Positions 52,218-62,290 are shown, numbered from the stretch's first letter. The stretch is DNA of 64,000 bases from Thermomicrobiales bacterium (GCA_049840815.1 JASGJI010000019.1:401407-465406); one strand, 5' to 3'. Notes: generated from the sequence alone by a model not told the origin. Numbers and translations: made by a program.

Positions 52218-54134
52218 ATGCGGAGAAACGCGCCACAGGTTCAGCAAGTGATCCTGGATCAAGTGATGAACCTGTTCTCTTGGCGGGAGAAGCGATCGGG
52301 CGTGATCATGCCCGACGAGCGGCTCCCTTGGGGCACCACGGTCACGCTGGGCATGCAACATGTGCTGGCGATGTTCGGGTCCACGGTCATCGCGCCGGTG
52401 CTGATGGGGTTCGATCCGAACCTGGCGATCCTGTTCTCGGGTATCGGCACGCTGATCTTCTTCGCCTTCACGCTGGGCAAGGTTCCGAGCTATCTCGGGT
52501 CGAGCTTCGCGTTCATCGCGCCAGTTGCCGCGGTGACGGCCGGTGGAGGCGGCGTGAAGGAGGCGCTCGGCGGGATCGTGATCGCTGGATTGATCTATGT
52601 GTTGATCGGCGTCGCAGTCGAGCTCAGCGGATCGGCGTGGATCGACGCGCTGATGCCGCCGTTGGTGACTGGCGCCGTCGTCACGATCATCGGACTCAAC
52701 CTCGCGGGTGCCGCCCGTGGCATGGCTCAGGTGAGCATGCCGCTGGCCATCATCACGATCCTCGCCGTGATGGCGGTGGCGATCATTGGCAAGGGGTTGA
52801 TCGGTCGCTTGCCGATCCTGATCGGAACCGTGTTCGGCTACCTCGTGGCGCTGATCCTCGGCGGGACAAACGAGGCCGGGCGCACGATCGGGCCGTTGCA
52901 CATCTCCGGTGTGGACTTCCAGCCGGTGCGGGATGCTGCGTGGATCGGCTGGCCGAACTTCACGGCGCCCAGCTTCAACTGGCATGCGATCACGCTGATC
53001 GCCCCGGTGGCGATCGTGCTGGTGGCGGAGAATACGGGCCACATCAAGGCCGTCTCCGAGATGACCGGCCGCAATATGATGCCGTTCCTCGGGCGTGGGT
53101 TCATCGGTGATGGTGCGGCGACGATGGTCGCCGGGTTCGGCGGCGGCACAGGGGTCACCACCTACGCGGAGAATATCGGCGTGATGGCGGTGACGAAGGT
53201 CTTCTCCACCGCGATGTTCGTGGTGGCCGCCTGCACGGCGATCCTGCTCGGCTTCGTGCCGAAGTTCGGGGCGCTGATCGGCTCGATTCCGCAGGGGGTG
53301 CTTGGCGGGGTCTCGACGGTACTCTTCGGGCTGATCGCGGTGACCGGTATCCGGATCTGGGTGGAGAATCAGGTCGACTTCTCGAAGACGACGAATCTCT
53401 TCATCGCAGCGGTTTCGATCATCGTCGGGGCGGCCGACTACACGCTCCACTTCGGTGACTTCGCGCTGGCCGGGATCGGTCTTGGCACGTTCGGCGCGAT
53501 CATTCTCTACCAGGTCTTCAAGGCGCTGGGCTACACCGACGCCGTGCTGGCCGCCGATGCGGAGCCGGAAGTCTATGCGGAACGGCGTCCTGCCGCGCGT
53601 GGCGGTCGCGGCGGCATGGGCGGTGGCTGGGCATCCTCGCTCGGGCGGCGCGGCGATGCGCAGACGGGGCGAGGTCGTGGGCAGCAGCGAGCAGCGGCTC
53701 CCGTGGAGGAAGACGATTTCTGGGAATACGATGAGGTCGATGTGATCGAGGATGAGGAGCTCTTCGAGCCCGATCCTCGCGAGCGGCGGTCCTCGGCGTC
53801 CGTGCAGCAGCGGCAACCCCAGCAGCGTCCGCAGCAGCCTCCGCGTGCGTCGCAGCAGGCGACCCGGAACCCGGCGCAGCGTCCGCCGCAACGGCAGGCC
53901 CCGGTCGAAGGGGACTACCTTGATGACTGGGCGTTCGATGAGCCGGCCCAGCCAGAGCCACGCGCTACCCAGCCACCGCAGCGAGCGCCTCAGCAGCAGC
54001 AACCGGCCCAGCGCCGTCCGCAGCAGGGACAGGCACAGGGGCAGCCACAACCTCGCCGCCAGCGTCCGCTGACTGGGCAGGAGCGTGCGTTGCTCGAATC
54101 GCAAGGTCTGCTTCCGAAGGATGACGAGCGGTAG
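52218..54134 (+). CDS. NCS2-family nucleobase (uracil/xanthine-type) permease with ~200-aa Q/P/R-rich C-terminal tail
   Basis: ORF 51645..54134 trimmed to ATG 52218 (GGGGGAG upstream); ATG 52308 is an alternative. Motifs: LGMQHVLAMFGSTVIAPVLMG and ENIGVMAVT. Confidence 0.85.
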   Translation: MRRNAPQVQQVILDQVMNLFSWREKRSGVIMPDERLPWGTTVTLGMQHVLAMFGSTVIAPVLMGFDPNLAILFSGIGTLIFFAFTLGKVPSYLGSSFAFIAPVAAVTAGGGGVKEALGGIVIAGLIYVLIGVAVELSGSAWIDALMPPLVTGAVVTIIGLNLAGAARGMAQVSMPLAIITILAVMAVAIIGKGLIGRLPILIGTVFGYLVALILGGTNEAGRTIGPLHISGVDFQPVRDAAWIGWPNFTAPSFNWHAITLIAPVAIVLVAENTGHIKAVSEMTGRNMMPFLGRGFIGDGAATMVAGFGGGTGVTTYAENIGVMAVTKVFSTAMFVVAACTAILLGFVPKFGALIGSIPQGVLGGVSTVLFGLIAVTGIRIWVENQVDFSKTTNLFIAAVSIIVGAADYTLHFGDFALAGIGLGTFGAIILYQVFKALGYTDAVLAADAEPEVYAERRPAARGGRGGMGGGWASSLGRRGDAQTGRGRGQQRAAAPVEEDDFWEYDEVDVIEDEELFEPDPRERRSSASVQQRQPQQRPQQPPRASQQATRNPAQRPPQRQAPVEGDYLDDWAFDEPAQPEPRATQPPQRAPQQQQPAQRRPQQGQAQGQPQPRRQRPLTGQERALLESQGLLPKDDER

Positions 54135-54152
54135 CTCGTTGCCCCTGTTCCC

Positions 54153-54211
54153 GCTGAAAACGCACCAAGCCCCCGGCGCTTCTTCCGTCGGGGGCTTGGT
54201 GCGTTTTCAGC
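54153..54211. terminator. 23-bp perfect hairpin, bidirectional terminator between convergent genes
   Basis: GCTGAAAACGCACCAAGCCCCCG (54153-54175) pairs with 54189-54211. A/T runs sit inside both arms. Confidence 0.7.
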
Positions 54212-54219
54212 GCGGGGGA

Positions 54220-55140
54220 CTATCCGAGAGGAGCCGCGACATTCGAGCGGAAGGGCGGAACCCCCTTCACGCCCAGATCGACCGAGAAGAGCGAACCGGC
54301 GAGGACGCCTTCGAACTCGTCACGGCCGCTGGCGGCGGCGGTGGTGATGAAGGCGGTTGCGAAGTCGGGGCCGCCGAACGCGATGCTGGAGACCTTGCGC
54401 GCGGGGAACTTCACGCGCCCGATGGAGGCACCCTCCGGCGTGTAGGCGTAGAGCGCGCGGCCATCCCAGCGGGCGGACCAGAGCGTGCCCTCGGCGTCCA
54501 CAGTCATGCCGTCCGGGTAGCCCTCACCGGCCGGATCGCCGATCAGGATGCGGCGGTTGCTGATCTCGGCGGTCTCGGGGTTGTAGTCCAGCGCGTAGAT
54601 GCGGCGAGTACTGGTGTCGGAGTGGTACATCGTGCGGCGGTCGGGGCTGAAGCCGATGCCGTTCGAGAGGCCGATGTCATCGAAGAGCAGGGTCAGGCTG
54701 CCGTCCGGGAAGAGCCGGTAAAGACGTCCGACGTGATCCTGCGAGGGCATGGTGCCGCAGAGGACGCTGCCATCCGGAGCGGCTTCGACGTCGTTGAAGC
54801 GGCTGTCGGCCTCGGCATCGATGCGCTCGATAACGGTGGAGACGTCGCCGGTGTCCGGGTCGAGCCGGAGGATGGTGCCGAAGGAGCAGAAGAGCAGCAG
54901 CGAGCCGTCCTCCTGCAACGTGCTGCCGCCGACTTCGTGCGCATGCTGGTAGACGAGGTCGTTCGCACCGGTGGCGGGATCGTAGCGGAAGATGCGGCCG
55001 GGCGGGATGTCGGTCCAGAAAAGGACATTGCGGCGGTCGTCCCAGATCGGTCCCTCGCCGGTCTTGCAGGGGAGATCGACCAGCAGGTCCGGGCCGGATT
55101 CGGGTTCGAGGAACGGTGTGGCGTCGTGGGTCTCGGTCAT
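54220..55140 (-). CDS. SMP-30/gluconolactonase/LRE-family protein
   Basis: ORF 54220..55464 trimmed to ATG 55140 (GGAGGG 8 nt upstream). Motifs: GEGPIWDDRRNVLFWTDI, SNGIGFSPD, PDGMTVDAEG. Confidence 0.85.
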   Translation of the reverse strand: MTETHDATPFLEPESGPDLLVDLPCKTGEGPIWDDRRNVLFWTDIPPGRIFRYDPATGANDLVYQHAHEVGGSTLQEDGSLLLFCSFGTILRLDPDTGDVSTVIERIDAEADSRFNDVEAAPDGSVLCGTMPSQDHVGRLYRLFPDGSLTLLFDDIGLSNGIGFSPDRRTMYHSDTSTRRIYALDYNPETAEISNRRILIGDPAGEGYPDGMTVDAEGTLWSARWDGRALYAYTPEGASIGRVKFPARKVSSIAFGGPDFATAFITTAAASGRDEFEGVLAGSLFSVDLGVKGVPPFRSNVAAPLG

Positions 55141-55488
55141 GATTTGGCCCTCCGTGGGTAAGGTGGCGATCCTGTGGCAGGGGATTTCCGGCTCCGCTTG
55201 AAGGTGGATCGCTTCGCTCCGTTGTGTGCTCATCCTACCCGGACACGGGGTTGGGATTTCGGAGAACCAGCGGTACGAAACGGCTTTCGTGACGAGGCCG
55301 TGTGTATGGCGGGACCGACGTGTCCCGCCCCTTTGGGCTGGCGATGGGGAGGTTCGTGTAAGCGACGCATGGATGGACATCCCATGTAACGCGGAGGCAT
55401 TCTTCGGGCCGCACCGCTCGGGATGACGGTTCGTTCGTGCTGGCGAAGCGGCTTGCCTCATCACGTCGCTTGTGCCCCGTCACACGTC

Positions 55489-56439
55489 CTACGCCCAGCG
55501 AAGGATGAGCGCATCGCGACGCCGGGCGTGGGCGATGATGCCTTCCGCGAGAGGTGGGTTCAGCTGGCCGAACGGTGCGCGGGAGCGATCGGAGGCGATG
55601 ATGCCGCCTTCCTTCATCAGGACCTTGGTCGCGCGGAGATTGCACTGCCGGTTTTCGTAGTGAATCATCGGCAGCCAGTGCTCCCAGGTCGCGGTGGCCT
55701 GCTCGTGGTTGCCGGCCAGCCAGTCGCGCACGATGCTACCGAGGACATCGGGGATGGCCGCGCTCGGCATCGTTCCGGTCGCACCCGCTTCGAGGTCGGG
55801 GATGAGCGTGATGCTCTCCTCGCCATCGAACGGGCCGGGGAGGCTCTCGCCGGCGAGCGCGATCAGCTGGCGCAGCTTGGCGGCGGCATTCGCGGATTCC
55901 ACCTTCACGTACTGGACGTGCGGGATCTCCTGCGCGAGGCGGGCGAGGAAGGCCGCGGAGAGCGGTGTGCCGCTCATTGGGGCGTCCTGGATCATGATCG
56001 GGATGTCGATGGCATCGGCGATGGCGTGGAAATACTCCACCAGCCCACCTTCCTCCACGCGGAGCGTCGCGCCATGGTAGGGCGGCATGATCATCACCAT
56101 CGCAGCCCCCTCGTCCTGAGCGCGACGGCTGCGCTCGGCGGCGATGGCCGTGCCGTAGTGGCTGGTGGTGACGATCACCGGGACGCGGCCATCGACCCGT
56201 TTCAGGATGCGCGACTGGAGTTGTTGCCGCTCGTCGTCGGTGAGGGCGAATTGCTCCGAGTAGTTGGCGAGGATGCAGATACCATCGACCCCGGCGTCGA
56301 TCAGGTAGTCGATGACGCGGTCCTGGCTCTCGAAGTCGATCGCCTCATCGTCGCGAAACGGGGTGGGGGCGATGGGAAAGACCCCGGTGAGTGGCGCGAA
56401 GGGTTCCACGGCACCGGAGGCAGTCGTTTGTGCGCACAT
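55489..56439 (-). CDS. dihydrodipicolinate synthase (DapA/NAL aldolase) family protein
   Basis: ORF 55489..56466 trimmed to ATG 56439 (GGAGA upstream). Motifs: GVDGICILANYSEQFALTDDER and the VKVES Schiff-base Lys context. Confidence 0.8.
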   Translation of the reverse strand: MCAQTTASGAVEPFAPLTGVFPIAPTPFRDDEAIDFESQDRVIDYLIDAGVDGICILANYSEQFALTDDERQQLQSRILKRVDGRVPVIVTTSHYGTAIAAERSRRAQDEGAAMVMIMPPYHGATLRVEEGGLVEYFHAIADAIDIPIMIQDAPMSGTPLSAAFLARLAQEIPHVQYVKVESANAAAKLRQLIALAGESLPGPFDGEESITLIPDLEAGATGTMPSAAIPDVLGSIVRDWLAGNHEQATATWEHWLPMIHYENRQCNLRATKVLMKEGGIIASDRSRAPFGQLNPPLAEGIIAHARRRDALILRWA

Positions 56440-56738
56440 ACCATCTCCTTTGGGGACATCTGACAAGTGGGGTGCTGATTGTTGCGCTCAGCATACCCGC
56501 ATCGAGCCAGTTGCCGGGCCATTCTCGGTAGGAGAAGCCATGAATAGGTCATTATGACCAAAAAACATGGGCACATTCGGTCGTCTTGTATCTTTGCCCA
56601 TTCGGGATGGATTTCTAGACTACTGACATGCAGCACGATGATGTGTGTTTTTGTGCAATGTGCGCACTGGATGCGGCGTTTCGGGGGAGCAATCGCGGCG
56701 TCGCGCGTTCAGCATCGTGGTGGGAGTGAGGACGGTCT

Positions 56739-57950
56739 ATGGATTCAGGGAATACCGCATTTGTCCTGATCTGTGCGGCGATGGTCATGCTGATGACCCC
56801 TGCGCTTGGGTTCTTCTATGGTGGGCTCGTCAATCGGAAGAATGTGCTCTCCACGCTGATGCACAGCTTCTTCATTCTCGCGCTGATCAGCGTCGTGTGG
56901 GTCCTGTGGGGCTACACGTTGGCGTTCGGCGCGGACAAGGGCGGCATCATCGGCGGGCTGGACTACATCGGCCTCAAGGGGATCGGCACCGACTCCGTGA
57001 TGGAGGACTACGGTATTCCGACCCTGGCCTTCGTCGGCTTCCAGATGATGTTCGCGGCAATCACCCCGGCCCTCATCTCGGGTGCGTTCGCGGAGCGCAA
57101 GAACTTCAAGTCCTTCGTGCTCTTCAGCCTTCTGTGGTCCACGCTGATCTATGCTCCGCTCGCCCATTGGGTGTGGGGCGGTGGCTGGCTGTACAAACTC
57201 GGCGCACTGGACTTCGCCGGTGGCACCGTCATCCACATCTCCTCCGGCGTCGCGGCGCTGGTCTGCGCGATCGTCCTCGGCAAGCGGAAGAGCTTCGGTA
57301 CGCCGGATGCCGATCCGCACAACCTGACACTGACCGTGCTTGGCGCGGGACTCCTCTGGTTCGGTTGGTTCGGTTTCAACGCGGGTAGCGCGCTGGCCGC
57401 GACCGGGCAGGCGGCGAACGCCTTCGTCGTCACCCACATTGCCGCCGCCGCTGGCGCGCTGGCCTGGATGTCGGTCGCCTGGATTCGCCACGGTCATCCG
57501 AGCGTGCTCGGCGCGGCGGCAGGAGCAGTTGCCGGGCTCGTCGGCATTACCCCGGCGGCGGGGTTCGTCGGTCCAGCTGCGGCGATCATCATCGGCGTCG
57601 GCGCGGGCGTCTTCTGCCCGCTGGCCCTCGACCTGGTGAAGGAGCGCTTCGGGATTGACGACGCGCTGGATGTCTTCGCCGTCCACGGTGTCGGTGGGAT
57701 CTGGGGCGCGCTGGCCACCGGCCTCTTCGCCCAGGAGTCGATCGGTGGGGTCGACGGCCTTTTCTTCGGCAATCCGGGCCAGTTCTGGAACCAGATCGTC
57801 GCGACGGTTGCCGCGATTGTCTTCGCTGCGATCGGCACCTTCATTCTCCTGAAGCTCGTGAACGCGATCTTCCCGCTCCGCGTCCAGGAGGACGTCGAAG
57901 TGCTCGGTCTCGATGCGTCCCTGCATGGTGAGACCGCCTACCAACTCTAG
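56739..57950 (+). CDS. amt: ammonium transporter
   Basis: ORF 56739..57950. Motifs: DSGNTAFVLICAAMVMLMTPALGFFYGGL, DFAGGTVIHISSG, VHGVGGIWG. Confidence 0.95.
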   Translation: MDSGNTAFVLICAAMVMLMTPALGFFYGGLVNRKNVLSTLMHSFFILALISVVWVLWGYTLAFGADKGGIIGGLDYIGLKGIGTDSVMEDYGIPTLAFVGFQMMFAAITPALISGAFAERKNFKSFVLFSLLWSTLIYAPLAHWVWGGGWLYKLGALDFAGGTVIHISSGVAALVCAIVLGKRKSFGTPDADPHNLTLTVLGAGLLWFGWFGFNAGSALAATGQAANAFVVTHIAAAAGALAWMSVAWIRHGHPSVLGAAAGAVAGLVGITPAAGFVGPAAAIIIGVGAGVFCPLALDLVKERFGIDDALDVFAVHGVGGIWGALATGLFAQESIGGVDGLFFGNPGQFWNQIVATVAAIVFAAIGTFILLKLVNAIFPLRVQEDVEVLGLDASLHGETAYQL

Positions 57951-58049
57951 TAGTCCTGCGGCTTGAGGTTGGGGGCGGGCGTGCCCGCTCCCAACCGGGG
58001 TCCAGACCAACATCGATCTGTTGTCCACCAACCAGAAGGGATATCCGCC

Positions 58050-58187
58050 ATGCTCCTCGTCATCGCCTTCGCCCTCTTCGCCCTGATGCTCGTTTCGTGG
58101 TTCGTCGCCCCGTCCGCCGAGAAGTCGGTCACGGTCGCCAAGGATGCCCCGACGGTTTCTCCGGTTGGCACCGCGATGCAGCACTAG
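58050..58187 (+). CDS. possible small membrane protein (45 aa)
   Basis: In-frame ATG 58050 within ORF 57963..58187, with GAAGGGA upstream: MLLVIAFALFALMLVSWFVAPSAEK... There is one TM helix and no recognisable homology. Confidence 0.3.
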   Translation: MLLVIAFALFALMLVSWFVAPSAEKSVTVAKDAPTVSPVGTAMQH

Positions 58188-58254
58188 GTTTCTTGATGGC
58201 GCCGGCTAGGGCCGGACGCCGTTGGTATGTGGATGACCTGAATCTGGTCGCTGT

Positions 58255-58288
58255 GAGGCGAGGGCTGGCATGATGCCGTCCTCGCCTC
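58255..58288 (+). terminator. hairpin after the amt/small-ORF unit
   Basis: GAGGCGAGG...CCTCGCCTC (9 bp) enclosing GGCAT-G-ATGCC, followed by TTGTG. Confidence 0.4.
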
Positions 58289-58588
58289 TTGTGCTGAGTG
58301 GGGTGTGATGCTTTCCTTCTCCTAGGGACATCGCGTCTTGCTCGTCTTGTGGTTCTCGGGTGCAATCCAGTCCGGCAGTGGCAGCGATGGAGCGTGCAGA
58401 CCCGTCTCCCTCCCGCATCTGCGAAGGCCGTGGCTGCCGGGATGCTGCGATCGCCTCGTGGACGAGCACCAGCCCTGACGGTGAGCGGCGGCCCCGCCAT
58501 GGAACGTGTGCGACACCCGGAGCTCAGTGCTCACTTTTTTCGCCTCTGTCGTACACTGCCGGGGTAGATCCTTGGCGCGTTCGAACCC

Positions 58589-59647
58589 GTGATACTGAAG
58601 CCTGCCGCGACAGCCCCTGCCCGTTGGGGACCGACCTGGCAATGGAGGGACCCCTTGGCAGCCACGAGTCAGCAGATCGACGTAGCGGAAGGTCCGGCGT
58701 ACGTTCAGGCAGTCGCGAATCGTCTGGCGGATGAGGTCGAGCGCGTCATCATCGGCAAGCGTGCCGTGATCGACCAGGTGATCGTCGCCATGCTGTGTGA
58801 AGGGCATGTCCTGCTGGAGGATGTCCCTGGCATCGGCAAGACGATGATGGCGCGATCGGTGGCGACGGCGCTGGGAGGGTCCTTCGGCCGCGTTCAGTTC
58901 ACGCCTGATCTCCTGCCATCGGACATCACCGGGGCGATGGTCTTCGATCCGCGTTCGGCGGAGTTCACCTATCGCGAGGGGCCGGTCCTCGTGAACATCC
59001 TGCTCGCGGACGAAATCAACCGCGCCGGGCCGCGAACGCAGAGCGCGCTGCTGGAAGCGATGGAAGAGCGCCAGGTCTCGGTCGAGCGCGAGCGGATCGA
59101 TCTTCCTCGTCCGTTTGTGGTCCTCGCGACGCAGAACCCGGTCGAACTGGAAGGTACGTTCCCGCTGCCGGAAGCGCAGCTCGACCGATTCATGATCCGC
59201 ACGTCCATCGGCTATCCGGAGCTGGATGAGGAGCGGATGATGCTCCGTCGCTTCCGGACGGGCACGCCGTTGGCCGCCGTGCGACCCGTGACGAGTCCGG
59301 AGGAGATGCGGAATCTCATCGCGATCGTGCGCGAGGTCCATATCGGGGTCGCCGTGGAAGACTACCTGTTGGCGCTGGTGCGCGGCACGCGGGATGCCAA
59401 TGCCATCGAGGTCGGTGCCAGTCCACGAGCGGCGCTTTCGCTGGCACGGGCGGCACAGGCGAATGCCGCGATCCACGGACGGAGCTACGTCATCCCGGAC
59501 GATGTGCGCGATCTGGCGGTGCCGGTGCTTGCCCACCGCGTCCTGCCGACTGCTCAGGCCGATCTGCGCGGCACGACGGCGGCGGACCTTGTGGCGGAGG
59601 TGATCGCCGCGACCCCGGTTCCGGTTGAGAATGTCACCTCGGTCTAG
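58589..59647 (+). CDS. MoxR-family AAA+ ATPase
   Basis: ORF 58589..59647 (GTG start). Motifs: EDVPGIGKT, LLADEINRAGPRTQSALLEAMEE, LATQNP. Confidence 0.9.
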   Translation: MILKPAATAPARWGPTWQWRDPLAATSQQIDVAEGPAYVQAVANRLADEVERVIIGKRAVIDQVIVAMLCEGHVLLEDVPGIGKTMMARSVATALGGSFGRVQFTPDLLPSDITGAMVFDPRSAEFTYREGPVLVNILLADEINRAGPRTQSALLEAMEERQVSVERERIDLPRPFVVLATQNPVELEGTFPLPEAQLDRFMIRTSIGYPELDEERMMLRRFRTGTPLAAVRPVTSPEEMRNLIAIVREVHIGVAVEDYLLALVRGTRDANAIEVGASPRAALSLARAAQANAAIHGRSYVIPDDVRDLAVPVLAHRVLPTAQADLRGTTAADLVAEVIAATPVPVENVTSV

Positions 59648-59667
59648 GGGCAGGAGGTGATGGCGTC

Positions 59668-61014
59668 GTGGCGACGGTGGGCGAACGGTTGACGGCACGG
59701 GTTCCTGCGGCAATACCGCTGAGCCGGCGGCAGCGGTTTCTGGCATGGTGGAACAATCCGGCGGCGGATGTTGACATTCGCCGGTGGGCCGCCATTGCCG
59801 GGGTGATCGGCGTGGCCGGGGCTCTCCTGCGCGAACCAATCCTGTTGCTGCTGGCGATTTCGATCTTCCTCGCCGGGCTGATCGCACGATTGTGGTGGGA
59901 CCATTCGTTCACCAACCTGACGATCGCGCATGCCTTTTCCTCCGAACGCGCCTTCTTCGGAGACGAGGTGACGCTGACCATTACGGTGAGAAACGAGAAA
60001 CCGCTTCCGATCACGCGCTTCGACGTTGCCGAGGAGGTGACGACGAATGTGGAGCTGGTCGGGCATGAGACGTCGCGGTCCGAGCGGTCCGATCGACGGG
60101 TGATGCGATCGGTCTTCAGCCTGGGGATGTACGAGCGCGTTGCGCACCGCTATCGCATTCCCGCGCACAAGCGGGGATGGTATCGCTTCGGTCCGGCGAG
60201 CCTTGCGGCGGTTGATCCGTTCGGGATCGTCACCCGACGTCAGGTGCTGGACGAGACGCATGGCTTCCTGACCTATCCGCGCATGGTGCCAATCTCGACG
60301 CTGGTGGTGCCTGCGCGGCAGCCGTATGGCGATCATCGCCCGCAGCAGCAGGTGATCGAGGACCCGATGCGGTTCGCCGGGGTGCGGCCCTACGTGCCCG
60401 GCGATAGCCCCCGGCGCATCCATTGGCGGGCGTCGGCGCGGATGGGCGAGCTGCAAACGCGGACGTTCGAGCCGACTGCCTCGCCGGTGGCAGCGATCTT
60501 CCTCGACACGATTACCTTCTCCTACCTCTGGGAGGGGCAGGACGCCGATCTGCTCGAACTCGCCATCACGGTCGCGGCGTCGCTCTCCAATCAAATGCTT
60601 CTCGAACGGAATCAGGTCGGGATCTACATCAACGCGCCGATTCCGGGGCGGACGCGTGTCGTTCGCGTGCCCCCGGGACGCCGTCCTGGCCAGCTGACAC
60701 GCATCCTGGAATCGTTGGCGATGCTGACCCCGGCCTTCGGGGATCGTATCGAGCAGGTGATTGTCGATGAGCTGCCCCGGCTCCCCTGGGGCGCGGCCAT
60801 CGTCATCGTGACATGCAAGGTCACCGAGTCTCTGCAACGGTCGCTGTTGCGCATCGCGCGGTCCAGCGGTTCCCAGCGCTGCGTGCTCGTGGTGGTCGGC
60901 GATGAGGAACTGGAACTGGTCGCCGAAGTGCGGAAGCGGGTCGCGATCTATCGGGTCAGCGGAAAGGAGGCGTGGGATGTCATCGAACACATCGCCCTGG
61001 ACCGCGTTCACTAG
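59668..61014 (+). CDS. DUF58-domain (vWA-like) protein
   Basis: ORF 59668..61014 (GTG start). It has two N-terminal TM helices and the FAGVRPYVPGDSPRRIHWRASAR signature. Confidence 0.85.
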   Translation: MATVGERLTARVPAAIPLSRRQRFLAWWNNPAADVDIRRWAAIAGVIGVAGALLREPILLLLAISIFLAGLIARLWWDHSFTNLTIAHAFSSERAFFGDEVTLTITVRNEKPLPITRFDVAEEVTTNVELVGHETSRSERSDRRVMRSVFSLGMYERVAHRYRIPAHKRGWYRFGPASLAAVDPFGIVTRRQVLDETHGFLTYPRMVPISTLVVPARQPYGDHRPQQQVIEDPMRFAGVRPYVPGDSPRRIHWRASARMGELQTRTFEPTASPVAAIFLDTITFSYLWEGQDADLLELAITVAASLSNQMLLERNQVGIYINAPIPGRTRVVRVPPGRRPGQLTRILESLAMLTPAFGDRIEQVIVDELPRLPWGAAIVIVTCKVTESLQRSLLRIARSSGSQRCVLVVVGDEELELVAEVRKRVAIYRVSGKEAWDVIEHIALDRVH

Positions 61015-61699
61015 TCCGGAGCGTGGTGGTGGTGCCTCCGATCCGGATGACCGGCGGGGGACGCCATTCCGGGTGTGGCAAACGGCGATTGCCTTTCCCA
61101 TCCTGCTGGCGATGCTGGTCACGTCGGCGGTCGCACCATTCCTCCATCTCTTCCTGAACCCGGACTTCGGCCTCACCGCCGGGCGTCCCGCGCCGTCGAT
61201 GCTGGGATTTGCCTTCGTCGGCCTGGTCGGGTGCTGGTCGGCGCGGTGGATCGCGCCGCGCATCCCGAACAAGGTCGCTTGGTCGGTCGCGTCGGTCGTG
61301 CTGTGGGCGGCCAGCTTCTCGGTCTGGATGCTGGTACAGCCGCACTACGATTTCCTGGCTTTCCTGCGTGATCCGGGGTCGCTGGTCCGCGGGCAAGGCT
61401 ATTTCGTCGTGCCGATGTTCCTGGCGTTTGGAGCGTGGTGGCTGGGATCGCGGTATGGATTCGATTCTGGCCGCTTCATGCCGGAGGAGATCCGTGGATT
61501 GGTCCAGCGTTGCTGGTTGATCCTGATCGGCTCGATCATCCTGGCGGCGCTGGTCCACGGCGATGCCGGGCAATCGGCCATCGATGCGGCGCGGTTCGCG
61601 GTGCCGTTCGCGATGATTGCCAGCGTGGCGCTGGTAGCCGGGACGGAAGTCGAGGCGACGCGGCGGGTTGCGCGAAGGCGGGGCGGGGTTCGAGCCTGA
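60977..61699 (+). CDS. polytopic membrane protein resembling only the N-terminal TM region of TgpA-type transglutaminase-like proteins (truncated)
   Basis: ORF 60902..61699 trimmed to ATG 60977 (GGAGG 6 nt upstream), giving 240 aa. It has about 6 TM helices and no transglutaminase core. It ends exactly where the GC content drops. Confidence 0.6.
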   Translation: MSSNTSPWTAFTSPERGGGASDPDDRRGTPFRVWQTAIAFPILLAMLVTSAVAPFLHLFLNPDFGLTAGRPAPSMLGFAFVGLVGCWSARWIAPRIPNKVAWSVASVVLWAASFSVWMLVQPHYDFLAFLRDPGSLVRGQGYFVVPMFLAFGAWWLGSRYGFDSGRFMPEEIRGLVQRCWLILIGSIILAALVHGDAGQSAIDAARFAVPFAMIASVALVAGTEVEATRRVARRRGGVRA

Positions 61700-61976
61700 C
61701 GTTCGTCATTTCGTAATCGGAGGACCGGCGCACACGCGCCCCTTCGGAATCCGTTATAGGTTCATCAACGACTCGGCTGCTGGCGCGGACGATCCCGAGC
61801 TCCGCTATTACCTCAGCATTAACGGACTTGAGTCGTTCCTCATCGTTCGCGCCGGGCGCCGAAGGAGCTGCCTCGAAGCAGCTGCTAGCAACAGGGACAG
61901 CTAAGCCGGCCTCGCCGTTGAAAATCCACCTTGCCATCGTCACATTGGCGTCCATGTACGCTCCGGCTATTAGGAT

Positions 61977-62290
61977 CTAGCCGATAAAATTCGAAGTGAT
62001 CCTTTCCGGTTTTGGCGACGATGACGTATGGCCCCCAAGGCGTATCAAGTTCGCCGTACCTCGACCCCGCGAGTCGCGGAAGTATCGAGCAGTAACAGAG
62101 CTCGTCCGAATCGTCCCATCGGGATGCTGATCTCGAATTGTCGTCGTGACATCCGCTACGAACGGAGCGTTGATCATCGGCTGACGCGAGATATGGTCCA
62201 CCGAGTTGAGCCGCATACTGTGCGTTGACAAGAGGCAGGCAACCAGAGTATAAGCGCCAGAAATCCGAAGATACGACAAACAGTCGCCAT
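61977..62290 (-). pseudogene. remnant of a small secreted protein gene readable only across three frames
   Basis: ATG 62290 with AGGTGGAG upstream gives a signal-like MATVCRIFGFLALILWLPASC, then a stop after 38 codons. Protein-like continuations appear in the other two frames (..NAPFVADVTTTIRDQHPDGTIRTSSVTARYFRD.. and ..ELDTPWGPYVIVAKTGKDHFEFYRLD..). Confidence 0.3.

Noticed and set aside
61536-61955. 139-aa minus-strand ORF at the island boundary (RBS GGAG, ATG 61955)
   Set aside because: The start looks plausible, but the last ~55 codons run antisense through the TgpA-like gene with an Arg-rich composition, and I recognise no family. It may be another decayed island gene and is not reported as a feature.
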